Positions 9,267 through 18,102 are shown, counted from the stretch's first letter. The stretch is DNA of 64,000 bases from Candidatus Amesbacteria bacterium RIFCSPLOWO2_01_FULL_48_25 (GCA_001773695.1 MEXN01000005.1:67687-131686); one strand, 5' to 3'. Made by a program: numbers and translations. The notes: generated from the letters alone by a model not told the origin.

Positions 9267-9692
9267 ATGATTTCCGAAAAAATTAGGAGCGATTTGACGA
9301 GTGCCATGAAGGCGGGTGATTCGCTGCGGGTTTCGGTGTTGCGGATGGCCATTTCGGCCTTTGACTATAGAAAGATCGAGTTGCAGCGGGAACTGACTGA
9401 GGCAGAGGGGGTGGGTGTCCTACAAAACGAGGCCAAAAAGAGGCGAGAAGCGATCGAGTCGTACCGGGCAGGAGGACGGGGGGAGCAGGCGAAAACAGAG
9501 GAGGCAGAACTGGCTATTTTGCAGGGTTATTTGCCTTCGATGATGAGTGAAGAGGAAATAAGGACGGAAGTGGCAAAGATGGAATTGCCTAAAGATTTTG
9601 GCGGGGCGATGCGGTTAGTTGCCCCGGTTTTTAAAGGTAAGGCAGACGGAGGGTTAGTGGCTAGAATTGTTGGGGAGATGGTGAGTGGTTAA
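9267..9692 (+). CDS. yqeY: GatB/YqeY domain protein
   Basis: 141 aa. The YqeY pattern (DLTSAMKAGD...LRMAISAF..., ...EAELAILQGYLP) and its position directly after rpsU match the conserved rpsU-yqeY arrangement. Confidence 0.7.
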   Translation: MISEKIRSDLTSAMKAGDSLRVSVLRMAISAFDYRKIELQRELTEAEGVGVLQNEAKKRREAIESYRAGGRGEQAKTEEAELAILQGYLPSMMSEEEIRTEVAKMELPKDFGGAMRLVAPVFKGKADGGLVARIVGEMVSG

Positions 9693-9948
9693 GTATAAGA
9701 CCGGTGATGTTGGTGGTCGGGTATTTGAAGTGTGGCTGGGGGACGAGAAAGAAATGAGAGAGTTGGGGAAGAAATGGATGAAGGACGATGAATTTCATGA
9801 GGTGATCAGTTTTCCTCTAGACGAAATTGGACCGGGGCCGGATGGGGTGTGGAGATTGGGAGATGTAGTAATTTACAAAAGGGCTAAAAATAGGGATTTT
9901 TTTATAGTACATGGAATTGAGCATTTGCTTGGGCGTCATCACGATTGA
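9685..9948 (+). CDS. ybeY: Short YbeY-like endoribonuclease (rRNA maturation factor)
   Basis: EVISFPLDE... and HGIEHLLGRHH match the YbeY motifs SFPF and HxxxHxxxxxH. Only 87 aa, whereas YbeY is typically about 150 aa. Confidence 0.65.
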   Translation: MVKYKTGDVGGRVFEVWLGDEKEMRELGKKWMKDDEFHEVISFPLDEIGPGPDGVWRLGDVVIYKRAKNRDFFIVHGIEHLLGRHHD

Positions 9949-9996
9949 GTAGGAAATTTATACAGTTGATTAGTGAGATCGGGATCGATATAACTG

Positions 9997-11385
9997 ATGT
10001 GGCCTATGACTTTGTATTTGAAATACCGGCCCCAAACTGTTCCTGAATTGGATTTGAAGGCTGTTCGGGAGTCCTTGGGAAAAACTCTTTCTAACAAAGA
10101 CCTGCCTGCCGGCAGGCAGAGTTTGCCACATGCGTGGCTGTTTTCGGGTCCGAGAGGCGTTGGAAAGACGAGTGCAGCTAGGGTGCTGGCTAAATACATT
10201 AATTGTCGGGGGAAGGAGAAGCCATGTAATAAGTGTGATTTATGTTTGGGGATTACGGCAGGGGCGTGTCCGGACGTAGTTGAGATTGATGCGGCCAGTA
10301 ACCGGGGTATAGATGAGATTAGGCAGTTGCGTGAAGGGGTGGGCTTGGCGCCCATGCAGGCTAAATTTAAGGTTTATATTATCGACGAGGTGCATATGTT
10401 GACGTCGGAGGCGGCTAATGCTTTGCTGAAAACATTGGAGGAGCCGCCGCCACATGTGATGTTTGTGCTGTGCACGACAGAGGCGGAGAAGTTGCCGGAG
10501 ACTGTGATCAGCCGATGTACGAGGGTGGTATTTTCTAAGCCTAGCCTAGAGGAGATTGTGGAGAAGCTGAAAAGAGTGGCGGGCGAGGAGAAATTGAAAG
10601 TTGATCATGGACAACTGATATTGATAGCTAAGGCGGCGAGGGGGAGTTTCAGGGATGCCATAAAAATGCTGGAACAGGTGATGCTGGGGGGAAAGTTGGA
10701 TGAAATAGAAGGGGCGGGGGAGTTTTTGGAGATGGGGACTGATGAGGCGCTTGCTTATGTCAATAAGCTGGCAGAGAGAGGAGTGAATTTGCGGACTTTT
10801 GTGGAAAAGTGTGTTGAGGAGCTGCGGGAGAAATTGCTGGAGACGAAGGATGTGAGTTTGATTTCTAAAATTGAGGAGTTGGAGAGAGCGTATGGGAGAA
10901 TGAAAGATGCGGCGGTGCCGCAATTGCCTTTAGAAATATTTGTGATTGAAAGGGCGGGAGAGTCTAAGAGTATAAGAGCTGGAGGGGAAAAGAAGAGTGA
11001 AGGACCAACAATAAAGAAACAAGAACCTGTGGTGGGTGGGAATTTGGGGGGGCATATGCTAGATGATGTGTTGTCACATTGGCCGGAGGTGATGAAGGCG
11101 GTTCGGCCAAAAAATCATTCGGTGGAAGCGCTCCTTCGTTCTACCAAACCTGTCGGGTTTGACGGGCGGGATTTGATTTTGGAGGCTTTTTACGAGTTTC
11201 ATAAAAAGCAGTTGGAGACTGAAAGGTGCCGAGTGATTGTAGAGCAGACGGTGAGTGAGGTATTGGGGGTGGATGTGGTGGCATTGAAGATGCAGCTGGG
11301 GCATGGTTCAACGGTTGCGAAGGCCACCGGCGGAGACGGAGGAGAGGAGTTAGTCAAGGCGGCAGAAGAAATATTTAAACGATGA
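9997..11385 (+). CDS. dnaX: DNA polymerase III subunit gamma/tau
   Basis: Walker A GPRGVGKTS, the zinc module CNKCDLC, and DEVHML...ALLKTLEEPP. Contains the in-frame 18-bp palindrome at 10102-10119, which encodes LPAGRQ. Confidence 0.9.
   Translation: MWPMTLYLKYRPQTVPELDLKAVRESLGKTLSNKDLPAGRQSLPHAWLFSGPRGVGKTSAARVLAKYINCRGKEKPCNKCDLCLGITAGACPDVVEIDAASNRGIDEIRQLREGVGLAPMQAKFKVYIIDEVHMLTSEAANALLKTLEEPPPHVMFVLCTTEAEKLPETVISRCTRVVFSKPSLEEIVEKLKRVAGEEKLKVDHGQLILIAKAARGSFRDAIKMLEQVMLGGKLDEIEGAGEFLEMGTDEALAYVNKLAERGVNLRTFVEKCVEELREKLLETKDVSLISKIEELERAYGRMKDAAVPQLPLEIFVIERAGESKSIRAGGEKKSEGPTIKKQEPVVGGNLGGHMLDDVLSHWPEVMKAVRPKNHSVEALLRSTKPVGFDGRDLILEAFYEFHKKQLETERCRVIVEQTVSEVLGVDVVALKMQLGHGSTVAKATGGDGGEELVKAAEEIFKR
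10102..10119. repeat. Perfect 18-bp palindrome CTGCCTGCCGGCAGGCAG (type A element), in-frame within dnaX
   Basis: Self-complementary. The same core with its 3' flank (..GCAGRRTTTGCC) recurs at 45150-45169. Confidence 0.8.
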
Positions 11386-12014
11386 CCAAGCCACAAACCC
11401 GCCTGCCGGACGGGCAGGTCTCAAGCCACAAATTAATTTTATTGATTGCATACTTGCTAATATTGAGTGTTCCTGGGGTGACGTGGGTGAAAAACTCTGG
11501 GTGGAGTGGTGGGGTGGTTTACGGGTTGGCAAGGCTGGCCGGGTTGTATGCGTTTACCTTGATGACGCTTCAAGTGGGAATCGGGGGGCTGGCGGATAAA
11601 TTGAGGCCGATTTTTGGAGCCAGAATAATCAGATGGCATATATGGCAGGGAACAGTGGCTTTTAGTTTGGCAATGTTGCATCCGGTACTTATGGCTGTCG
11701 TGTTTGGGGTGGGAGAAGTTCTGCGAATGGGCGGGGACGCGGTGTGGGGGAAAATAGCCTTAAATCTTTTAATTATTTCTGTTTTGGCCGGAGCGATGCG
11801 GGCTCAGCCGTGGCTGGTCAGGTATTGGCGGTGGGTACACCGGCTAAATTATGTCATATTGGCGATGGTGTGGTGGCATTCGTGGAGACTAGGGACGGAT
11901 ACTCATACCTGGCCGATGGCGGGAATTTATTTACTGGCGCCGGTGGTTTTGGTTTGGGCTTTGACAAACAAGCTATTGGAGTCTAGAATCCTGAGTAAGT
12001 ATGGGTATCGGTGA
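11382..12014 (+). CDS. Hypothetical polytopic membrane protein
   Basis: Several hydrophobic helices. Its 5' end is occupied by the type B hairpin element, so the real start may lie downstream of 11432. Confidence 0.5.
   Translation: MTKPQTRLPDGQVSSHKLILLIAYLLILSVPGVTWVKNSGWSGGVVYGLARLAGLYAFTLMTLQVGIGGLADKLRPIFGARIIRWHIWQGTVAFSLAMLHPVLMAVVFGVGEVLRMGGDAVWGKIALNLLIISVLAGAMRAQPWLVRYWRWVHRLNYVILAMVWWHSWRLGTDTHTWPMAGIYLLAPVVLVWALTNKLLESRILSKYGYR
11398..11418. repeat. Type B hairpin element CCCGCCTGCCGGACGGGCAGG, flanked by 11-bp direct repeats CAAGCCACAAA (11387-11397 and 11422-11432)
   Basis: The 21-mer recurs at 29849-29869 with one change (A to T in the loop). Direct repeats on both sides were read from the sequence. 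Confidence 0.8.
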
Positions 12015-12270
12015 TGCATTCGGAAAACTTGGAGATATAAACAAGCTAAGACAGCAGGCAATGCAGATGCAAAAGAATTTGTCTGGTCAGGTGATTACCG
12101 TCGAGGAAAATGGGGTGTATATCGAGATATCCGGGGACCAGAGAATTTTGAAACTGTCTATCCAGGGGATGGAGAACCCGGTTCTAAATGATGTTTTGAA
12201 CAAGGCGATTCGAAAAAGTCAGGAGCTGGCGGCGAAAGAGTTGATGAATGTTTCCGGCGGGCAGATGTAG
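12001..12270 (+). CDS. ybaB: Nucleoid-associated protein YbaB/EbfC
   Basis: 89 aa with the typical GDINKLRQQAMQMQKNLSG... pattern, in the conserved position between dnaX and recR. Confidence 0.8.
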   Translation: MGIGDAFGKLGDINKLRQQAMQMQKNLSGQVITVEENGVYIEISGDQRILKLSIQGMENPVLNDVLNKAIRKSQELAAKELMNVSGGQM

Positions 12271-12751
12271 GATTAGCGGGGTTTTTTGGCGAGAGATTTG
12301 AGGATGAGGTAGGAGATGATCCCAATTCCTGATAGGACCCTGGGGTGCTTGAAGGCGTATTCGAGTTCATCCTGGAACTGGTTTGCAAGTGCCTTACCCA
12401 TAGGATCGCGAGGATCAGCGTCGATGTATTTTTTGGTGCGGGTGTATTTGGAAACCAGTGTGAAGATATTGTCTTTTGCAGCTCCGGATTCGATTGGCAT
12501 AATTTTATGGATTAATTTTTCGCGTTTCGGGATCGGTGCGATTGCTAACAGCATCAGCGTTGGTGGTGGGTTGAGAGGGATATTCGTCGATGCACAGGTC
12601 GGCGCGCGAGTCCTTCTTGTATTCGGGCCTTATTTTCGGAAGAAAGATGTTTTAACATGCAGCCAGTTTTGTTCTTTATTCCCATGCCTACCAGATATTT
12701 GCAGAGTTCGCAATTGGGGATGCTCATAATAGAATTGTATCCTATAGTGAC

Positions 12752-13261
12752 GTGGGGGTCAAGGGGGATGTTATACTGAGGGATATGGCTATAAAAGATA
12801 TATTTCCGGAGGAACTGCCTGGCAACGGAGTAATCCGGATGGGTGGGTCTGAGACAATTGAAAACCGGTTTGCGAGAGCGGCTGTGTTGGGGTTGCTGCG
12901 GAACGATTATAAGAAGCGGAAGGAGAGAGGGCAACCGGCTTCTGATAAGAGGTCGGCGGTTCCAGCCTATGGCCAGATTCTTGTTGTGGGTAGGGAGGGA
13001 CCCGATTTGGGGCCAAGTGTGCAACGATTGCTGGGTGAGGAGGATCTGAATACTTCTGAACAGGCGGGGGGGTTGATGACAATCAGTGTGGTGAATATGG
13101 GCATGGATGCGGCTGGCATGGCATTGGATAGACCACAGGGTGAAGAGCCGGGAAGAGTTGTGGTGCTGCAAACGGATCAGGACGGCTATGAAGGCTTTTT
13201 GGGTCTGATGGAGCGGGAGCGACAAGTACTGTCTTTTGCTCTTCTGGCTTTAAGGAAGTAA
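12752..13261 (+). CDS. Hypothetical protein
   Basis: 169-aa ORF on the same strand as the dnaX-ybaB-recR string. The long minus-strand ORF opposite it is low complexity (Pro/His/Gln-rich), so the + strand was preferred. Confidence 0.4.
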   Translation: MGVKGDVILRDMAIKDIFPEELPGNGVIRMGGSETIENRFARAAVLGLLRNDYKKRKERGQPASDKRSAVPAYGQILVVGREGPDLGPSVQRLLGEEDLNTSEQAGGLMTISVVNMGMDAAGMALDRPQGEEPGRVVVLQTDQDGYEGFLGLMERERQVLSFALLALRK

Positions 13262-13280
13262 TGGGTTAGAATATAAGCTT

Positions 13281-13871
13281 GTGAGAGTAGCTAGAGCAAT
13301 AAGTAGCCTGATTGAGGCGTTTGAGCGATTGCCGGGGATCGGGCCGAAGTCGGCGGCGCGGCTGACTTATTATCTGTTGCATGTGCCCCAGGGTGAGCTG
13401 GATAAGTTTTCTGGGGCGGTGTCTGATTTGAAGAGGAATACCAAGGAGTGCTCGGTATGTCATAATGTGGCGGAGACGGACCCGTGTGATATATGTGCTG
13501 ACCCAGGCCGGGACCGGAAGATGATTTGTGTGGTAGAGCAGCCGCTGGACGTACTAGCTTTGGAAAGGGGAGATGGATATAAGGGAGTGTATCACGTGCT
13601 GCACGGGGTAATTGATCCGTTACATAATATCGGGCCGGAAGAAATTAAGATAGTCGAGTTAATAGAGAGATTAAGAGATGAAGGAATTAAGGAGGTAATA
13701 TTGGCGTTGAATCCGAATATGGAAGGTGAGGCCACCTGCCTGTATATAAAAAGATTATTGAAGAATGTAAAAGTGACCAGATTGGCGCATGGATTGCCGG
13801 TGGGGGCGGATATTGAGTATGCCGACGATCGGACCTTGGCGCATGCGATGGAGGGGAGGAGGGAATATTAA
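13281..13871 (+). CDS. recR: Recombination protein RecR
   Basis: HhH LPGIGPKSAARL, the C4 zinc finger CSVCHN...CDIC, and a Toprim-like region (VVEQPLDVLALERGDGYKGVYHVL). Confidence 0.9.
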   Translation: MRVARAISSLIEAFERLPGIGPKSAARLTYYLLHVPQGELDKFSGAVSDLKRNTKECSVCHNVAETDPCDICADPGRDRKMICVVEQPLDVLALERGDGYKGVYHVLHGVIDPLHNIGPEEIKIVELIERLRDEGIKEVILALNPNMEGEATCLYIKRLLKNVKVTRLAHGLPVGADIEYADDRTLAHAMEGRREY

Positions 13872-14884
13872 TGATCAGGCCACTTGCTTTAAAGTCGGGT
13901 GATGTGGTGGGGTTGGTGGCGCCGTCTGATGCGGTGGAAAGAGAGGGAGTGGAAAAAAGCCTGGAGATAGTTAAATCCTGGGGATTGAAAGTGAAAGTGG
14001 GGAAACATGTGTATGCCAAAGTTGGAGATTTTATGGCTGGGACGGCGGAGGAAAGAATGGAGGACTTGAAGACGATGATTTTTGATGATGAAGTTAAAGC
14101 AGTTTGGGCGGCATCGGGTGGGTATGCGGTGACAGAGGTGATGCCGGTATTTAACCGGGAGACGATAGATCACCTCAAGGATCATCCTAAATGGTTTATC
14201 GGTTACTCGGATATGTGCATGATTTTAAATGCCTTAACTAGCTTTCGAATGGTGTCTGTTATGGGACCAAATATGTGGGGACTGCATGAGTGGGATAAGA
14301 TGAGCCAGGAGACGGTTTGCAAGATGCTTTTTGGAGAAGAAGTGGGGGGGGTAGGAGAAAAGGCGAGGTGGACGGTGGGTTTGGGGGGAGAAGCGGAAGG
14401 GAGAATTGTGGCTTCCAATCTGGAACTTTTGATCTTGTCTTTCGGGACACGATTTGACCCGATTATGTATGGGGAGGGGGATATTTTGTTGGCCCTCGAG
14501 GAGCTGGACATAGATAAAAGTACGTTGCAGCGGCAAATCGACGTAATTTTTAGTCACAAAAGAGCCAAGAGGATTAGGGGAATAATTGTGGGACGGCTGA
14601 CGAATATTTTGGAGAAATCATATCCGGAGTGGGGAATGAAGGTGACGGCGGAGGAGCTGATTCGCGGGCGAGTGAAAAAAGTAGGCCTGCCATTGGCGTT
14701 TTGCGGAGACTTCGGGCACCCGGAGTGGGCGTATGGGAATTTCCAGGAAATAAAGCGCTTTTTTCATAACCGACGGTTTTACCCGCTGCCGAATGGAATT
14801 TTGACTAAGTTGACAGTGGGGGAAAAAGAATGTAAGTTGGATTTTTTAGAACCCGTGGGTAATATGGAGAACGGTAATGCCTAG
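13871..14884 (+). CDS. ldcA: LD-carboxypeptidase (peptidase S66, LdcA-like)
   Basis: GDVVGLVAPS at the N-terminus, then ASGGYA and the GYSDMCMI nucleophile motif. Confidence 0.75.
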   Translation: MIRPLALKSGDVVGLVAPSDAVEREGVEKSLEIVKSWGLKVKVGKHVYAKVGDFMAGTAEERMEDLKTMIFDDEVKAVWAASGGYAVTEVMPVFNRETIDHLKDHPKWFIGYSDMCMILNALTSFRMVSVMGPNMWGLHEWDKMSQETVCKMLFGEEVGGVGEKARWTVGLGGEAEGRIVASNLELLILSFGTRFDPIMYGEGDILLALEELDIDKSTLQRQIDVIFSHKRAKRIRGIIVGRLTNILEKSYPEWGMKVTAEELIRGRVKKVGLPLAFCGDFGHPEWAYGNFQEIKRFFHNRRFYPLPNGILTKLTVGEKECKLDFLEPVGNMENGNA

Positions 14885-15158
14885 TGACGAATGGTTGCGC
14901 AGAGCTGAGATATTGGTGGGTGGGAATTGTGATGATTTGCGTAGACCGGAGGATAATAAAGAGAGAATTGTTTTGAGGGCTGAGGATTTTTTGGCTCATC
15001 AAATAGCTTGTTTTTTTCATCGAAACGTCCCTATTTTGAGAGAAAAACGCCGGAGAAGGCAAGAGGTGAGAGTGTCGGATTTTTCGTGGTGTCCTGATGA
15101 TTGTCCGGCGGCGTTATTGTACCAAGCCGGGCGAGGGAAAAATGGTCATAGAAAATAA
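14877..15158 (+). CDS. Hypothetical protein (possibly the 5' part of a frameshifted gene)
   Basis: 93-aa ORF overlapping the next ORF by about 60 bp in another frame. Confidence 0.25.
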   Translation: MPSDEWLRRAEILVGGNCDDLRRPEDNKERIVLRAEDFLAHQIACFFHRNVPILREKRRRRQEVRVSDFSWCPDDCPAALLYQAGRGKNGHRK

Positions 15159-15375
15159 ATGGTTGGTGGTGTGCAATGATCAAATTTTGGATGGGAGTAA
15201 CGACCTGATGGCGGCGTTGATGATGGTGGGGAGGTATTGGGGGGATGGAAGTGTGAGGGTGGGGGTGATGGAAAGGGAGAACTATAAAGCTGCAGTGTTG
15301 GGGAGGTTGGAGGCGATGGCGAGGTTAGATGAGTTGAGGAAGGCGGGATTTGGGCCTGGAAGCCAGGAAGTCTGA
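15097..15375 (+). CDS. Hypothetical protein
   Basis: 92-aa ORF. See the preceding entry. Confidence 0.25.
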   Translation: MIVRRRYCTKPGEGKMVIENKWLVVCNDQILDGSNDLMAALMMVGRYWGDGSVRVGVMERENYKAAVLGRLEAMARLDELRKAGFGPGSQEV

Positions 15376-15387
15376 TATCATTTAGAT

Positions 15388-15819
15388 ATGCAGGTAAAGC
15401 TGGTTAGAAATCCTTGGGAGACGAGCTTTGAGAACTTGACGACTAAAGTACATAAGTCGGTCAAGAAGGCGGCTTCGGATGCGACAAAAACGATCGCTGC
15501 TGATGTAAAATCCTCCTTCGCTGAAGCTCCGGCGGACAAGCAGGTTGCCCAGGCAAATTTGCAGGCAGTGCAACAGGAAGTGAAGCCGGAGGAAAAAAAG
15601 AAACTGGACCAGTGGCGGCGGAATCTGGCGGATTTGGAAGCGCAGATTAAAAAGGCCAGGGAAGAGAGGTTAAAAAAGGAGCAGGCGCTTCGGCAAGCTC
15701 AGGGTGAAAGAGCCGAAAAAAAGAAGGTGGAGGAGAAAAAAAAGAAAGAAGAACCGGTGTGGAAGAAGATGATGAAGATGGGGAGCCAGGCGGAGAGGAA
15801 AGTAAATGCGGGAGGATGA
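15388..15819 (+). CDS. Hypothetical Lys/Glu-rich coiled-coil protein
   Basis: 143 aa. The C-terminal half is KKEE-type low complexity with several poly-A tracts. Confidence 0.4.
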   Translation: MQVKLVRNPWETSFENLTTKVHKSVKKAASDATKTIAADVKSSFAEAPADKQVAQANLQAVQQEVKPEEKKKLDQWRRNLADLEAQIKKAREERLKKEQALRQAQGERAEKKKVEEKKKKEEPVWKKMMKMGSQAERKVNAGG

Positions 15820-15964
15820 TATACTAAGTTTATGTCTAGGGAAGTAAAGAAAAAGAAAGTAAAGGTTCCGCCGGTGGCGGGGTTTGACAGGGGGCCGAGG
15901 GATTTTTTCCGGGGGTCGACGGGGTTTTTCAATAAGGATCTAAAAATTCAAAATAAGGGTTTTA

Positions 15965-15993
15965 TTGGCATGAGACGGGGTTCGCGGTAGAAT
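15965..15993 (+). promoter_or_regulatory. Sigma70-like promoter of cysS (TTGGCA-17-TAGAAT); -10 ends 6 nt before the GTG start
   Basis: TTGGCA at 15965-15970, a 17-bp spacer, TAGAAT at 15988-15993, and the start codon at 16000. Confidence 0.45.
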
Positions 15994-15999
15994 GAGCTA

Positions 16000-17427
16000 G
16001 TGAGGATTTACAACAGTCTTTCTCGTCAGGTAGAAGAAATTGAGCCGTTGAAAAAAGGAAAAGTGGGGATGTATACCTGCGGGATGACGGTCTATGATTA
16101 TGCGCACATCGGGCACGGGCGTAAATACGTGTATGACGATTTATTGCGCAGAACTTTGGCTTACAATGGATTAGATGTGATACATGTTCAAAACGTGACA
16201 GATGTGGGGCATTTAGTATCAGATGCGGACGAAGGGGAGGATAAGTTGGAGAAGGGAGCGAGAAAATTAAAGAAAACGGTGTGGGAGGTGGCAAAGTATT
16301 TTGAGAGGGATTTTTTCGAGAATATGGATTTGCTTGGTGTTTTGCGGCCGACGATTGTGGCTCGGGCGACGGAGCATATTGAAGACCAGATAAAATTAAT
16401 TGACAGGTTAGTAGATCGCGGTTTTGCCTATGACACGCCGGAAGCAGTTTATTTTGATGTAGGCAGATTTCCTCGGTATGAGGGGTTGTTTGGGCGGGGC
16501 GGGCTTTCGGAAAAACAGACGGCGGTTCGGCCAGAAGTCGAGCGGGGGGAACATAAAAAAACCCCTGCTGATTTTGCGTTGTGGTTTAAACGGGTGGGCA
16601 GGTTTGCTGATCACCAAATGCACTGGGACTGCCCGTGGGGGGATGGATTTCCGGGGTGGCATATCGAGTGTTCGGCCATGTCGATGAAGTATTTAGGAGA
16701 AACGTTTGATATTCATACAGGCGGCCTAGAGCACCAAATGGTGCATCATCCAAATGAAATAGCCCAATCTGAGGCAGCATCCGGGCATCCATTCGTGAAG
16801 TACTGGGTGCATTATTCGCACTTAACTTTGGATGGAGTGAAGATGGCCAAAAGTGTAGGCAATGTGCTTCGGGTGCAAGATATTATAGAAAAGGGATTTT
16901 CACCTCTGGCACTGCGGTACTTGTATTTGACAGCGCATTACCGGACGCCTCTAAACTTTACTTGGTCAAGTATGGCGGCGGCGCAAACGGCATACGACAA
17001 ACTTTTGGACTTTGTCCGTAAATCCCAAGCTCCAAGTCTCAAATCCCAAAGAACTGAATTATCAAAAGAAAAATTAAGAAAATTGGAAAGTTACAGATCG
17101 AGATTTGAAGGGGCAATAAACACTGATTTGGGTTTCCCTGGGGCGCTTTCAGTAGTGTGGGAGATGGTCAAAAGTAACATTCCAGATTACGATAAAGCGG
17201 ATGCACTTTTGGATTGGGATGCTGTGTTGGGACTGAATTTGGCGGGGCCGCTTATTTCTGAAGAGGCACCGGGTGAGGTGAAGGATATGCTGCAAAGGAG
17301 AGAGCAGCTGCGTCGAGAGGGAAGCTATGTGGAGGCGGACAACACTCGGGTGGAGATGGAAAAAATGGGATGGAAGATAGAAGATACTAAAATGGGATCT
17401 AGACTTAAGAAAATTCCTAATTATTAA
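16000..17427 (+). CDS. cysS: Cysteine--tRNA ligase
   Basis: HIGH motif (YDYAHIGHGRKYV), the zinc-binding C in MYTCGMTVYD, and the KMSKS-type motif KMAKSVGN. Contains the low-complexity insert SQAPSLKSQ. Confidence 0.9.
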   Translation: MRIYNSLSRQVEEIEPLKKGKVGMYTCGMTVYDYAHIGHGRKYVYDDLLRRTLAYNGLDVIHVQNVTDVGHLVSDADEGEDKLEKGARKLKKTVWEVAKYFERDFFENMDLLGVLRPTIVARATEHIEDQIKLIDRLVDRGFAYDTPEAVYFDVGRFPRYEGLFGRGGLSEKQTAVRPEVERGEHKKTPADFALWFKRVGRFADHQMHWDCPWGDGFPGWHIECSAMSMKYLGETFDIHTGGLEHQMVHHPNEIAQSEAASGHPFVKYWVHYSHLTLDGVKMAKSVGNVLRVQDIIEKGFSPLALRYLYLTAHYRTPLNFTWSSMAAAQTAYDKLLDFVRKSQAPSLKSQRTELSKEKLRKLESYRSRFEGAINTDLGFPGALSVVWEMVKSNIPDYDKADALLDWDAVLGLNLAGPLISEEAPGEVKDMLQRREQLRREGSYVEADNTRVEMEKMGWKIEDTKMGSRLKKIPNY

Positions 17428-17433
17428 TTTCTA

Positions 17434-18093
17434 ATGCTAAACAAGATTTTAAAAATTATTTTGGTTTTGGATTTGGTGGCAGTGAACGGACTGCTGATTT
17501 ACCAACTTACAATTCTCAATTCACAAATAATTTCCAATGAACTAATTTCCAAGAATGAAACATCAGTTGAACAAATTGACCAGTGTGGGGAGGAGTGCAG
17601 GGAAGAAATCAGAAATCAAGTAGCAAATTTGCAGATTAAGGATCAGAAATTGGTTTTACCTACTATGGTGCCGACGGTGACGCCGACTCCGAAGCCGGTG
17701 GTGAAATCGGTGGTTAAAAAAGTTAGGCGGGAGGAGATTTTGACGATTCCGGGGAGCGGTTCGACGGGTGCGACCGACTGGGCAAATTTGAGCGGGACCG
17801 AGTTTTATTTTGATACGCGAGATTATCCGGGGTTGGTCGAAGTTTATTTTGAAGCCAATATGAGACTGGTAAGCGGGGGAGGCAGCGCTTATGTGAGGCT
17901 TTATGATGTTACGAATAATATTTCTCCAGTGGGGGGTCAGAACGACACCAAGTCCCAGGTCGATATCTGGACCAAATCGCAAAAAGTTTATTTCTGGGCC
18001 GGAAAAAATCTCATTCGGGTTCAGGCCAAGACTCTAGTGCCGGATACTACGGTATATAATAGTGGGAAACTGAGGATCGTGACGGAGAATTGA
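17434..18093 (+). CDS. Hypothetical membrane-anchored protein
   Basis: N-terminal TM helix, then a Thr/Pro/Val-rich linker and a beta-rich C-terminal domain. Confidence 0.5.
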   Translation: MLNKILKIILVLDLVAVNGLLIYQLTILNSQIISNELISKNETSVEQIDQCGEECREEIRNQVANLQIKDQKLVLPTMVPTVTPTPKPVVKSVVKKVRREEILTIPGSGSTGATDWANLSGTEFYFDTRDYPGLVEVYFEANMRLVSGGGSAYVRLYDVTNNISPVGGQNDTKSQVDIWTKSQKVYFWAGKNLIRVQAKTLVPDTTVYNSGKLRIVTEN

Positions 18094-18102
18094 ATAAGGA
18101 AG

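Noticed and set aside
12554-13225. 223-aa minus-strand ORF between ybaB and recR
   Set aside because: His/Pro/Gln-rich, unlikely composition. The opposite-strand ORF (12752-13261) fits the co-oriented dnaX-ybaB-recR string better. The short Cys-containing minus-strand ORFs at 12273-12730 remain possible but unsupported.
15832-15990. 52-codon ORF (MSREVKKKKVKVPP...) upstream of cysS
   Set aside because: Overlaps the predicted cysS promoter. Lys-rich low complexity and below the track threshold. No supporting signal.
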